DNA of 58,818 nt, the filler included, from Dugesia japonica (taxonomy: Eukaryota): NCBI GenBank assembly GCA_001938525.1. It is 6 parts of 6 records of this genome, joined end to end, with 100 filler letters (N's around TTAATTAATTAA, not from the genome) between each part and the next. Parts side by side here need not be neighbours in the genome. Positions count along the whole stretch, not along the records: positions 1 to 8,378 come from MQRL01593449.1; positions 8,479 to 18,806 come from MQRL01610118.1; 4 more parts are not named here. One strand, written 5' to 3'. Shown here in pieces: positions 1 to 11,114 of this stretch. Every line of letters starts with the position of its first letter. The stretch's first letter is position 1. The translations under genes and the position numbers were made by a program. The notes below the pieces were generated by a model. It was not told where the DNA came from. It made no database searches and saw nothing but the letters and a program-made list of their open reading frames with translations.

Positions 1-1
1 T

Positions 2-286
2 ACCTTTAAAATCACTATCTTTAGTTATATGTAAAGTTATATCTACGGTATTTATATTTAATTTATCGTCTTGGAAACTAACATTAAAACAAAAGATTGG
101 GTACAAATTCCTAAATTCTTGAAGAGATAATTGTGGTTCTGTTAAAAAGTCTTTACAACAATTTACATAATTTAAATATGGAAAAATCATTTCCTTATTT
201 TTAATATTAAATTTACATTCATTTATAGGATAATATGTATTGTTTAATTGTACTTGAATATTTTTAATGTAATGATTTGTTGTAAC
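2..286 (-). pseudogene. Polinton/Maverick major capsid protein (double jelly-roll), C-terminal part; runs off the window start and appears degraded upstream to about 740
   Basis: Open 95-codon frame, translated by hand and absent from the ORF track: IKNIQVQLNNTYYPINECKFNIKNKEMIFPYLNY...LSLQEFRNLYPIFCFNVSFQDDKLNINTVDITLHI. Matches the Maverick MCP C-terminal pattern (V.LN...YP...F...YP.F.FD.S.Q...L....VDI). Confidence 0.75.
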
Positions 287-1829
287 TTATTTATATATAT
301 ATATATATATTATATTATTACGCATAAATATTAATTTTTAAAATTTAAAAGCGAATATTTTTAGGGATATAAATACACTTTATAATTTTGTTAACAAATT
401 TCATGGTTTTGCTTTCTTCGTACGATTTAAAAATTGAATTTTACATATTGTTTGATAATTAAAAGGCATATTTACCACTTAAAAGAAATTACTGAGATTG
501 AATTTTTTGTTTGGTTTCATTTATTCAGAACATTCAGTTGAGATAGTTTCAAATGTATTTTAAATTAAATATAATTTTTTTATATATTTTAAATGTGTTA
601 ACTGTTACTTCTAAATAATCAAAGGATTAAGAAGAAAGTATTTCTAAAGCATTTCTGTGCTTTTAATATTGTGTTTCTTTGTTTACTATTTTAAATTAGT
701 AGATTGCTAGTGACAGTAAACTGATCAAATTAATCAAGAATTGNNNNNNNNNNNNNNNNNNNNNNNNNNNNNNNNNNNNNNNNNNNNNNNNNNNNNNNNN
801 NNNNNNNNNNNNNNNNNNNACAGTATAAATTCCTAATCAAAAAGCCTAAAAAATATTGCTGCTTAAAAAGCCTGAAAGATTTTCCCAACTAAAAGCCAAA
901 ATTTAAAAATAATTTGCCAAACCTTTCAAAACACTATTAAAAATTACATAATTTGAGTGCAAAAATTTTTTTTCAGCTAAAGTCATTAGAAAAAATAGCC
1001 TGTCTTAATCCTATTACATAATATTTCATCTATTAAAATACTCTCATGACATAATTTGTGAGCAAAAAATTTCCCCAACTAAATATACAGGAAAAAAGCA
1101 ACCTCTCTGACATAATATTACCTAATATGATGTCATTTTTAATTTCCAAACTAAATGCATTAGGATTAAGTTTCATTACACCACTAAACCGACCGGGATT
1201 ACCGATTGGGTGCAAATGTTTACTGCCACTATCTATCAACTTAAATTGGCGGGAGTTATTTTTAAGTTTTGCTCATAATCCTGTATCTCATTGGGAAAGC
1301 TTAAAATAGAATAAATTTTTTAACTTCATATAAATTTAATATACAAATTAAGATCTATATATATAAATTTAATTATTCATTTACTAAACTGGCATTAAAT
1401 ATTTATTTTAATATTACAGACAAACGATCAAATTCCAAGATATCAATTCTAAGTACGTCGTTATTATCTAATTATTTCTTAAATCAATATATGATATTGT
1501 TAGCGTATTCATATTTATTACCAAAATATTAATTCATAATTATAATTCGAAATAACAAGTCTAAAATTGCTTCAATACTAAAATTTATTATTATAAGAAA
1601 ATCTACAAAACCGAATTACAAAAATCTACAAATTTACGATAAAAAAATGAATAAATACAGTTATGCGTAGTATATATTTCTAAAATTTAAATGCTGATTT
1701 AACCCGTATGTATACAATGGTTGATTTTGAATGAATTATGCAATATCTTTCTGGATGAATTCATCACTTATGTTCCCTAAATTTAATGCGGCAGTTGGTG
1801 TGTAATAGGCACTTTTTATTATAACACAA

Positions 1830-3885
1830 TTTTATTGAATAAGGTTTAGTTCTGAATACTAATAACAATCAATAATTGATGTTCTATATATAATATATCA
1901 AGATTTCTCAATCGTAAACTGTGCATAGAAGATCTTATGTAACTATTAATTAATTGTAATTTTGAAAAACCTCTTTCACAGCTAGCAACACTTACTGCAA
2001 TTTTCAAAAGAATTCGTAATAAAATGATAATATTTGGAACGGAATTTCCTAGATTGTATTTTTGAATAAACTGTAAAAGTTCAAAGGGGGCCTTACTTAA
2101 ATGTGTCTGTTTTGTCTCGCATTGCTGAAGTAGCGACGAAACTTATCAATATTTTTCTTTCAACAAAGAACTCTTTTTTAGTAATGCCGTCATGGTCATC
2201 ATTTATCTGAAAATTGTAATCTTCGTTAACAAATTAAATGTAACAAGAAATTAATATTTTTCAGCAGGAACATAAAGCTTTTGAAATCTCGTATTTATAC
2301 TTTGAATCATCCTTTTTAATGAGGAAAAATTTCTCTTCCTAATGTAGTTTCATATGATAATTCAGTATCCAGTGATACTTTAGTGATAGCTTCTGATCTG
2401 GTGCATGTAATTTCATTTTGCCAGTTAAATCTTCCAAAGAATTTAAAGTGTTTGAAAAATTTATTTTTGGACACTCAGAGTTTCAATTACTCCTTTGAGG
2501 TTTTGTAAAGTTGCTGTAAGAATGTTCCGTCGATGAGTAGAAGACGAAATGAAGGCGTAAAGGTGCTTCAAATCCTCAAAAAAAGTAACAGAATTGATAC
2601 ACACTGAAGCTGAGCGTGATTAGTACATGCAGCCAACTCTGCTTTTCTATTAATTTCTTTTATACATTTTTGTACACCAGTACATTTTCCAGCCATCACA
2701 ACAGCATTATCATAGGCTTGTCCTGTAAAACTTTGAATCTTAAGTCCGTGATTTTTTAATTTCTCCAAAATCATAGTCGACATTTACTCGGCAGTTTTAC
2801 CTTTCGTTTCGATAAAGTCGAAAAATGATTCTATTATCATTACTTTATTTCCACTAATCATTACATAACGCAAAACTTGGCTTGTCTGATCTTTATAAGA
2901 AATGTCAGGAGTGCTGTCAAATATTATAAAATAGTATTTTGCTTGTTTAACTTGTTCAATTATATGGTTTCTTACCCAAATTTCGTAAGTCACATATAAG
3001 ATAAGGTGAATTTATTTCCCAACTTGATTCTGAGAATATGTTCGCTTAGCACTGGGTCATATTTTGCTAACAAATCTACTAAATCTAAAGAATTTCTTCT
3101 ATTATTTACCGTGATTTCAGTATCATCGTTATTTCTTTTTCTATGACATCATAACGCTAAATTCTGTTTTGATAAGAATTTAATTATATAAATGGATTTA
3201 TCTCATTTTCTAACTTAATTTTAAGAGCTTTCTGGACCATTTTATCAATAATAGCTCCGCAACTAATTATAATTTCCAGCTCTTTCCATCGCATGAATTT
3301 TTTAACGTGAGCTACACTGGATTCATGTTTGAGCAGCCTAGGATTAAGTTTCCACCTAGTATTAAATTCATGTAATGAATTAAAATACGTACAATTTTTA
3401 GCTGGAAATTTTCTGCAGCAAAAGTACAATTGTAAGGCGAGTATATTAACCAAGACCGTAACATTCTTTCCCATTCAGCAAAGTTTTATAAAACCAATCA
3501 CGAGTGAGTTTTCTGTTCCATCCTTTAATTGATGAACCTTCACGAAAGGTATCACCAAAATTTGAATCTAGATGTTGGATCACAGAAGCACCATGTTGTA
3601 CCAGTAAGATTCTTGTGTGGCCACTAATTTGGCTTGGCTATAGACTAGCGTCTTTTAAGTTAGCGGTCGTAAATTCAGACACTTCATCGCTCGTAATTAA
3701 AAAACCTGATCTTGGCACAGTAACTATAATTTCTTCAGGTGCAGCAATATTAGTTTCATCACGTGCATTATTACTGGTTTGTTCACGATTGAAATAATTA
3801 ATCAGTGCTCCTTTACTATTTTTGGATTTTCTTTCGCTTTTCTCTTTTTTCTAAAAACAGCATCGCTATCTCTCGTTCTTTTCAT
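1830..3885 (-). mobile_element. Decayed hAT transposase, ZMYM1/DUF4371-like
   Basis: IIFDSTPDISYKDQTSQVLRYV, GQAYDNAVVMAGKCTGVQ, ACTNH and the C-terminal dimerisation motif VSVASCERGFSKL; many stops and frameshifts. Confidence 0.9.
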
Positions 3886-6455
3886 CTTGGGATTGATTGA
3901 AAAAATAGTAAAATTTAAATAACAAATTAAAAAATGTCTATTTATTATAGTTAGACATAATCAACTTACCACTTTGTAATGTAAAAAATGGAAAATTAAA
4001 AATTTGCAAATTGAAAAATTGCACATTTATTTAAAATATATAAACCAACAATAAATTTAGGCAGTAAAACATGACATTTTCAGCTATATATAATACATAT
4101 TATAATATATTTTCTATTTTTAATTTTCCTAATAAATTATTAGGAAAATTACAAAATGAAAATAAATAATAATTGCACAAATTTTGTAAAATATTAATAC
4201 TAATGTTAATAATAATGACAAAATTATTTTATTTAGTGAGAAGTATGTTGTTTATTAGAGGATAATTTTTCCATGTGTCATCTTTTTTAAAAAAGGAAAA
4301 TATTAAATATTTAATTTTATATATTTTTATATTTTATTGTATTTAAATTATATTTTGATTTAAAAAATATACAATAAAATAGATATATTTTATTCTTTTA
4401 AAATATACTTGATTTTTAAAAAAATACCCTAAAATAAACATCTTTGTTTTTACTTAATTTTATATTTTAAAAATCCTTAAATTTTAGTAATTTCTTTATA
4501 AATTATTTTCTTGATNCAATTTTAAATATACTTTTGATTTTAATAAATTCCGTTCTCAAAAATTTAAATTTATCTTTTAACAAACTATCTTATAAATACA
4601 GAAAAAAAGAAAATCCATGAAACGAGTAATGAATAATCAAGTAGGTGGCTTTATAGCAGCATTACTACCAATTGCTTTAATCGCATTATGCCTAACTCAT
4701 TTCAAATAAACAATGGTTGACTTTATAGTAGAATTATTAATAATTGCAATAGTCGTAACACAAATAAAATAATTGGTTAATTACAATCATTATCTAATTT
4801 GTCCTGAAATTTGCATCGAATTGCTATCATGGAGACCAAAATGGACGGATCCAATTGACCAAGCAGGTTTTTGAAATTTTGAAAAATTGATAAAAGCACC
4901 TCAAAAATCGAAAAGAAAGATGACAAAACAGTTATCGAGTCAACAAGCGTACAGTCTGAACAAACCAATGTTCAAAAGATAGTAGGTAGTAGGGACGGCT
5001 CGATGACAGATTAGGATTGTGCTTGTATTTTTGTGTCAGTTGTTTTTTCTAAGATTTTTGGGATAAAAATAATTTTGATGGGAAATTTTTTTTGATCGGG
5101 ATCAGAAATATTTGATCTTGGAGATGTTTGTGTGTAAATTTAATTTTTAAAATTTTGTCTTTGGAAAGTTGAGGTGGTTAATTTGAAATTTGTTAGGTGG
5201 AGGTAGTGTGTGTATGAGTGTATGTGTGTGTTAGGGTAAAATTGGACTCGATGGAGGTTTGGAAATCTGGATTTTATTTTTTTGTTGGTTTTATGATGTG
5301 TTTGTTTAAACTAAAATACTGTCTATACATCGCCTAAAGAACTTATGTGGTGGGATGGATGGTTTGGTTTAAAAGAGATAGTGGCGCATTGGCATAATCG
5401 TAAGAGTTATCACGCGTTAATTTTTGAACCTTAATAGGTTTGTTGATAGTTAATAGATTTTAGTGGGTGATGGTTTGTTAGAAATGGTAATACGGTAATA
5501 AACCTTATTAGTTTACTAATTATAAAAAATAAAAAAATGAAAGAAAACAATTATCCAATAAAACATTTATTAAAATAACATTTAATTCACAAAGTCTTCA
5601 GTCATCTTCAAATTTCTTTCCTTCAAGATGCATAATTGATCTTGTTTACATTGTACGGAAATCTGATTGAAGTTCCAAGATGAAATCATTTATAATTATA
5701 TTCATGTCTTTTGATGTTGCTTGCAAGATATGATCAAAATATTCATCCAATGTCAACAGTTCACAGTCAGGATAGTATTCTGGAAACCTTTCATTTAATA
5801 TCTCCAACGCTTATTCTAAAAAAAGGAAATTAAATAACATAATAATATATTAAACTTTTAATATAATAATGTTCATATTTTTTGTCTATATTTTCAAAAT
5901 AACCACCACCACCATTATCATCATCATTGTCATGGCATGTATCTTTCATCTGTTCTTTTTAAAAACACCGATTATCTATGACTTCAAAGTGATTACTTTT
6001 TTATTTCATTATAAATTAATATTTTATTTTAGAAACAAGTTTCAATAAAAAGATCCAAATTTAGTTTGCTTCTATCGGGAATTTATGAGAAGGATAGAAA
6101 CATACTGGAAGCTATGTTCGCTAGATTAAGCCGTCAAATAAAAGTCATTGAGGCTATTTATAAAGCCTTTAAAACCAATATGAAGAGGACAGTCCATGGA
6201 TGAATCAAGTGAAGAATAAAGGTTTTAAGAAGTCAAATAATTCGGTAGGAGTTATATGAAAAATCAAAAACATCGCAAAGAATTAAATTTGCTATCAAAT
6301 TTAATGTTTACTTTGTGTTATTTTTTAATGTAATAAATCTTTATGAAATAAATCTTCTTAGTTTTATTTAAATTATAATTTTTATATACAATATTTTAAA
6401 AAAATAAATAAAATAAATACTAAATAATATTACATTTATTTGTTTTTACATATAA

Positions 6456-6754
6456 TCAATAATAACAAAAATAATTATTATATTGTTCCATTTCGATCGC
6501 GTGCTTCTCCATTGATACCATCAAATTGAACCTTATGTCTGGTGTGCAAATATCAGCTGCCATAAACTGATTATTAACCACGTCCGGGAGCATCTGTTGT
6601 CGTTCTTTATCAAGCATTCCGCATTTTTCCAGTAAATCTGTAAGCATTCCTAAATGAAATTTCTTAAAAAAATTACAAATTTTTAAATTTCCAATCTGTT
6701 TAATTAAACTGTTCTTCCATTTTTACCATATTTTCCATAGTTGTTGAATTCATT
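6456..6754 (-). pseudogene. Small unknown ORF (about 100 aa with one frameshift), probably a gene of the Polinton-like element
   Basis: 63-aa ORF extendable to an ATG near 6754 across a frameshift; intronless and co-oriented just downstream of the TBP-like ORF. Confidence 0.3.
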
Positions 6755-6840
6755 TTTAATTAAAAGAAATAATATTGAAATGTAATATATTATACATGTA
6801 TAATACAAAACCACAACGTGATATATTAATTATTCGAAAA

Positions 6841-7365
6841 TTAAATATCTAAATATAAATTGATATTTTTTGCACTTGAATTGTACTTGTTTTGCATCTT
6901 TGTTGCGAATTTTCTAAATTTTTCAATCAAATTGAATAAATCTGAAAAAATGGTATTCATACATCCTTGAAAATACAAATGTTTAAGACCTAGTATCACT
7001 GATTTGCCTGTTGAAAACACATTTACAAATAATGGGTCATATTTTACAAGTCTTAGAGCAGAAAATAACTCTGGTTTGAACCAACAGTTGACTATTCTTG
7101 CTAATTTATACAGAATAATTGAAACTCCCATATTTACGACAATAGTTAATGATTGTAATTGTAAATTGTTTATATCATTGAAGTTTAAATCATGCGGGTC
7201 CAGTGGTTTCTTACAACCTATTGTTCTACATTTTCTTGATCTGAAGAAAATAATTGTATATTTGTCACTTTTGACTTTGAATTGACATAGTTTGGCTATA
7301 TAAAAGCTCATTTTCTTTGTTACTTCTTGCGACACTTCAATTCTGTAATTAATATTGGTAATCAT
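6841..7365 (-). CDS. Divergent TATA-binding-protein (TBP)-like protein, 174 aa, intronless
   Basis: Both TBP repeats align by eye: ITNINYR~LQNIVST; TIIFFRSRKCRTIGCK~TALIFSSGKMVCTGAK; FKPELFSALRLVKYDPLFVNVFSTGKSVILGLK~[41 protein letters not shown]~ILKGFRK. Confidence 0.85.
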   Translation of the reverse strand: MITNINYRIEVSQEVTKKMSFYIAKLCQFKVKSDKYTIIFFRSRKCRTIGCKKPLDPHDLNFNDINNLQLQSLTIVVNMGVSIILYKLARIVNCWFKPELFSALRLVKYDPLFVNVFSTGKSVILGLKHLYFQGCMNTIFSDLFNLIEKFRKFATKMQNKYNSSAKNINLYLDI

Positions 7366-7394
7366 AATTAATGAATTAAAGAGAAAAAAATAAG

Positions 7395-7900
7395 ATGGAG
7401 AAATTAAGAAATTATGCAGTCTATCAAATTTTTGGACCTAGTGGTAGCGGGATAACCTTGTTCGCATGTCAATTATTGAAATCAAATTTATTGAAATCTA
7501 AATTTAAAAAAATATTCTGGCATAGAGGTGCAGATGAGTAGCACGGATTGACTAAAGCTGAATTTTGTAATATTAAAATGAAAATCAGAAAAGACTTTGA
7601 TAAAGATTGGAACAAAAGATTAAGACAGTTGATGTTATTGTTCTTGATGATTTGTATCAGGAGGCAAATAAAAAAAAAGAATTTAATAATTTATTCACAA
7701 GGCTATTGAGATATCGCAATGTTACTGTGATATTTATTTCTCAAAATCTATTTCATCAAAGAGATAGTCATAGAACCCGTAATTTGGTTCTATTCAAAAA
7801 TCCTAGAGAAGAGACTATTGTTGATTTTCTAGCAAAACAAACATATATAAATAACAGACAAAATCTGATTGAATTATTTCAAGATGTATATACTATTTAA
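7395..7900 (+). pseudogene. A32/FtsK-like DNA packaging ATPase of Polinton/adintovirus type
   Basis: ATG at 7395; Walker A GPSGSGIT (K to I), Walker B VIVLDD, RYRNVTVIFISQNLF and LFKNPRE motifs; one in-frame stop and one frameshift near 7625. Confidence 0.88.
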
Positions 7901-7981
7901 AAAATCTCTGACATTTGAAATCCATGAATCGACCTCACATGATCAATGTAAAATGGATATCATTATGAACAATTAACTGGT

Positions 7982-8327
7982 ATGTCTTTGTTATTGAAAT
8001 ATAAAGTAAAATTAGAAAGAAGTATTCCATTTTTTACCAATTTGAATAAATCATCAAAATGCTCTAGAATGATAATTTTGCAATAATTTTCATCATATTT
8101 TATAGACAACGTACTTAAAACTATTGTAAATATTGTTCGAGGTAATGTAAATTTGACCAAAGTTAAAAAAGGAAACATTGAACAAACATAAAACATTACT
8201 ATTGCATGTAAATACAAATAATAAGAGATTGATGAGAACAGAAATAAGGGATTACCAAGGCGGTGGATTTATAGGAGCATTACTTCCAATTGCACTAGCG
8301 GCATTAAACTTAACTCATTTTAGATAA
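7982..8327 (+). pseudogene. Small basic Polinton virion core protein with an adenovirus pX-like C-terminus
   Basis: Reconstructed across one stop and one frameshift: ...IVNIVRGNVNLTKVKKETLNKHKTLLL...DYQGGGFIGALLPIALAAL. The GG motif followed by a hydrophobic helix resembles adenovirus pX (MRGGILPLLIPLIAAAI). Confidence 0.72.
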
Positions 8328-8378
8328 ACCATAAACATGATTATTAATAATTACAATATAATTAACTCAAATGAACAA

Positions 8379-8478
8379 NNNNNNNNNNNNNNNNNNNNNN
8401 NNNNNNNNNNNNNNNNNNNNNNTTAATTAATTAANNNNNNNNNNNNNNNNNNNNNNNNNNNNNNNNNNNNNNNNNNNN
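8379..8478. other. Artificial scaffold-joining linker (also at 18807-18906, 29026-29125, 37963-38062, 47689-47788)
   Basis: Exactly 44 N + TTAATTAATTAA (stops in all six frames) + 44 N, five times. Confidence 0.97.
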
Positions 8479-9862
8479 TTCGTTTCCTTCTTCAGGTGGT
8501 GGATCTTCTGTTATTCTGGTGATTTCTACACTTGGGTATCTTCTCTCTTCATTTCTTATACTAATTTTGGGAGATTCTGGTTGTTTTTGTGGATCCATAG
8601 CTGGTTCTTCAATTGTATCACAAGTGTCTATTTCTTCATGTTCGGTCATTTGAAGTGACACGTTCGGTGCTTGACCTAATTCGTCTTCATTGCGAATATT
8701 TGAAGATAATGGGATTAGTTTCAAAAGTGGTTCTTTCCTACTTGTTTCGGATGATTTGAGGGTAAAAGTTTGGTTGTCGGTGGTTATATGATCCACCCAT
8801 TAATCTCGAATTTTCATATAAATCCTTCGAACCAAACAAGCATTTTTTCAGAACTGAGATCGTTAGTTGCCATTGCATTTTCTTTACGGAGAATTCGATT
8901 TTTTAGGTATGCAATCCTATGCGCACTTTTACATTTCTGAAATCCGAGTTTTCAAAATATTTTGCTTCTCCTAGATGTGTAATTTCTAGGACTCTTGAGT
9001 AAGAGCATCCGATGGCCTCAAGAAATTCAGAAATCACAATACCTACAATGAACCTTCCATCGAGGAATTTCCTTATTTTAACCTTGGCATCCTCTCCATC
9101 TCAATTTCCTCGAACCTGCTCCTCTTGTAGCCCATAAGTGTGGGATTGGTAATGTTTAACTGGTTGCTTTAGAGTAATTATCGAATTGAGGAGTAACTCC
9201 CTTCCAAAATTTAACACTGTCACAGCTACTAAAGCTGGTGACAAGATTTCTCTTAATTCACAATAATGTGCAGCCACAAAGCAAGTAAGCTTCTCGTCTT
9301 GAAGCTGCGTTAGAGGTAATTGGACGAATGATTTTAACGTTTTCATATCGTTCATGTTCCCGTTATAAGTTAACAACGGCTCGTTGGCTGAAAAAGTAAC
9401 ACGTGAACTAACTATGGTTAGTATCTCTTCTACTATCATAGTACAGTCTTTTTGCTGTGGAATGACATGCGTTTCTCTCTTTCGTCACCATGTCTAAATA
9501 TATAGGACCTGAGGTACCTGCAATATAAACCACATATGGCTTATTTATGCAATGAATTCCCATATAAGACGTTTTGTTTTCCTTTTTCACATCTGAAAAC
9601 ATATCAAACAGATTGGCAATTTTTCTGGCAGATATGTCTGACATGTACATGGTTCACTTAGATGCTTGATGACATTTGTAATTATTGGGGATGTAGTCTG
9701 TTTTATAGATCACATAATTATGATATTCGCGTTTTTCTGTGTAGAAATGACTTTATATTTGGTGATAGATATACTTCTCCTTGTAAATAGTCTGGACTAT
9801 TATGTTAGTCCTCTGGTTTTTGTATTGATTTATGAGATCGTAGGAATGTACGATATGAATAT
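8479..9862 (-). pseudogene. Long degraded ORF of unknown function (about 460 codons) downstream of the Gypsy integrase
   Basis: Track ORFs 9408-9650, 9101-9439 and 8479-8796 join with one frameshift and a few stops; frame opens right after TTTTAG at 9863; acidic, Pro-rich C-terminal part. Confidence 0.5.
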
Positions 9863-10045
9863 CTAAAAGTAAAAAATTAATAAACTTATCACATCAAATG
9901 ATATGCCAAAACTGGCTATATTTAATAAGCACAGTTCCACTGACGTGAATATTTATGCAAAAAATGCTTTTATTTTAGTTTGTATAAATAAAGATATGAT
10001 AAATCTAAATATAATACATATGACTTTACTTTCAGGGTAGCCTAG

Positions 10046-11114
10046 TCAGCTGATGAACTCATAGAGATTATCTGGTATGTATATTTTCCTAATTTTCGCT
10101 ACTTTATAGTAAGCTCATATCCCTATTGTTACAATTGATATTATTCTTAACACAATTACAACTAATGGTATTATTGTCAATACTTTTACAAGCGTGACTA
10201 AGTAGATTTTCTCTAAATGTTTAATCGTGAAATTACATTTTTCAGGAGTCAGCTGCATAGCTAAGAGTTTTCTTGTCTCGTTGATGGCCATTCTGCAGAA
10301 TGATTGCAGTTTATTCCAAATTTGGAATTCAATTGTTTGCTGGCTGTTGTTTTCATTATACTTCTAGAAGCAGTATTTGCTGACATTGTCTTACTAGCGC
10401 TTGAGATTTTGCTGGTGATTATCTCTTTACTAGTGCTTTTAAACAATTTGATCTTTTCAGAATGGAGTATGTGCTATTCGTTGCTGTCTTTTTTCTTTTG
10501 ATAATAAACTGTATTAACTACCTTCATTGGGTTTGTACATCATGTTTGAGATTTAACTCCTGGAGCTAATCNTATCGGTGTACTTTTAAATTTGATAACA
10601 ATACAATGCTCGAATTTTTTCGTTCTCGAGAAGGTTGTGCGTAGCTTAGTTTGGTTCCATTTGACGCTTTAAACTTGTAACATGGTTAGATAACATTCTG
10701 CTAAAGAGAGTGTCTTCTATATATCGGATCTGGATTCATAATGAGCAGTTGCAACATTTAGTTGTTGAGTGAATTTTATAAGATATATTTTATTGGCTTC
10801 TAGATCAGTGAGGTTAAAAACTAGGCGTTGCTTGTCAATTAGTAATTCGCGACATACAACCTTTGTACAAAATGAAAGTCCAAAACNNNNNNNNNNNNNN
10901 NNNNNNNNNNNNNNNNNNNNNNNNNNNNNNNNNNNNAAAATGAAAGTCCAAAACGCCACTCTGCTGTAAGTAGTGATTTGATTAAAATAGTATGGTTCCA
11001 CCTTTGAAATGTAAGTTGACTCACTGGCATTGCATCAGGCTTGAAATATTCTTGTCTGTCTATTTTCATGATACAGCTACATAGTATTATTAGCATAACT
11101 GATTTCGTCAACAT
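10046..11114 (-). pseudogene. Type I membrane-protein-like ORF fused in frame to the integrase C-terminus
   Basis: Signal-like MLTKSVMLIILCSC, ectodomain, S/T-rich stalk (STSKEIITSKISSASKTMSANTAS), hydrophobic VLTIIPLVVIVLRIISIVTIGI and basic YYKVAKIRK; several stops and a frameshift. Confidence 0.55.

Noticed and set aside
1033-1239. Maverick integrase N-terminus (GNPGRFSGVMKL)
   Set aside because: Only a short resemblance; no catalytic core follows and the frame runs into degenerate repeats of about 100 bp.
8423-8434. Recurrent TTAATTAATTAA palindrome as a biological repeat
   Set aside because: Always centred in exactly 44 + 44 N, so it is a concatenation linker. Features across linkers are unlinked.
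10304-10501. Hydrophobic plus-strand ORFs (also 9666-9866)
   Set aside because: Antisense shadows of the minus-strand retroelement ORFs.
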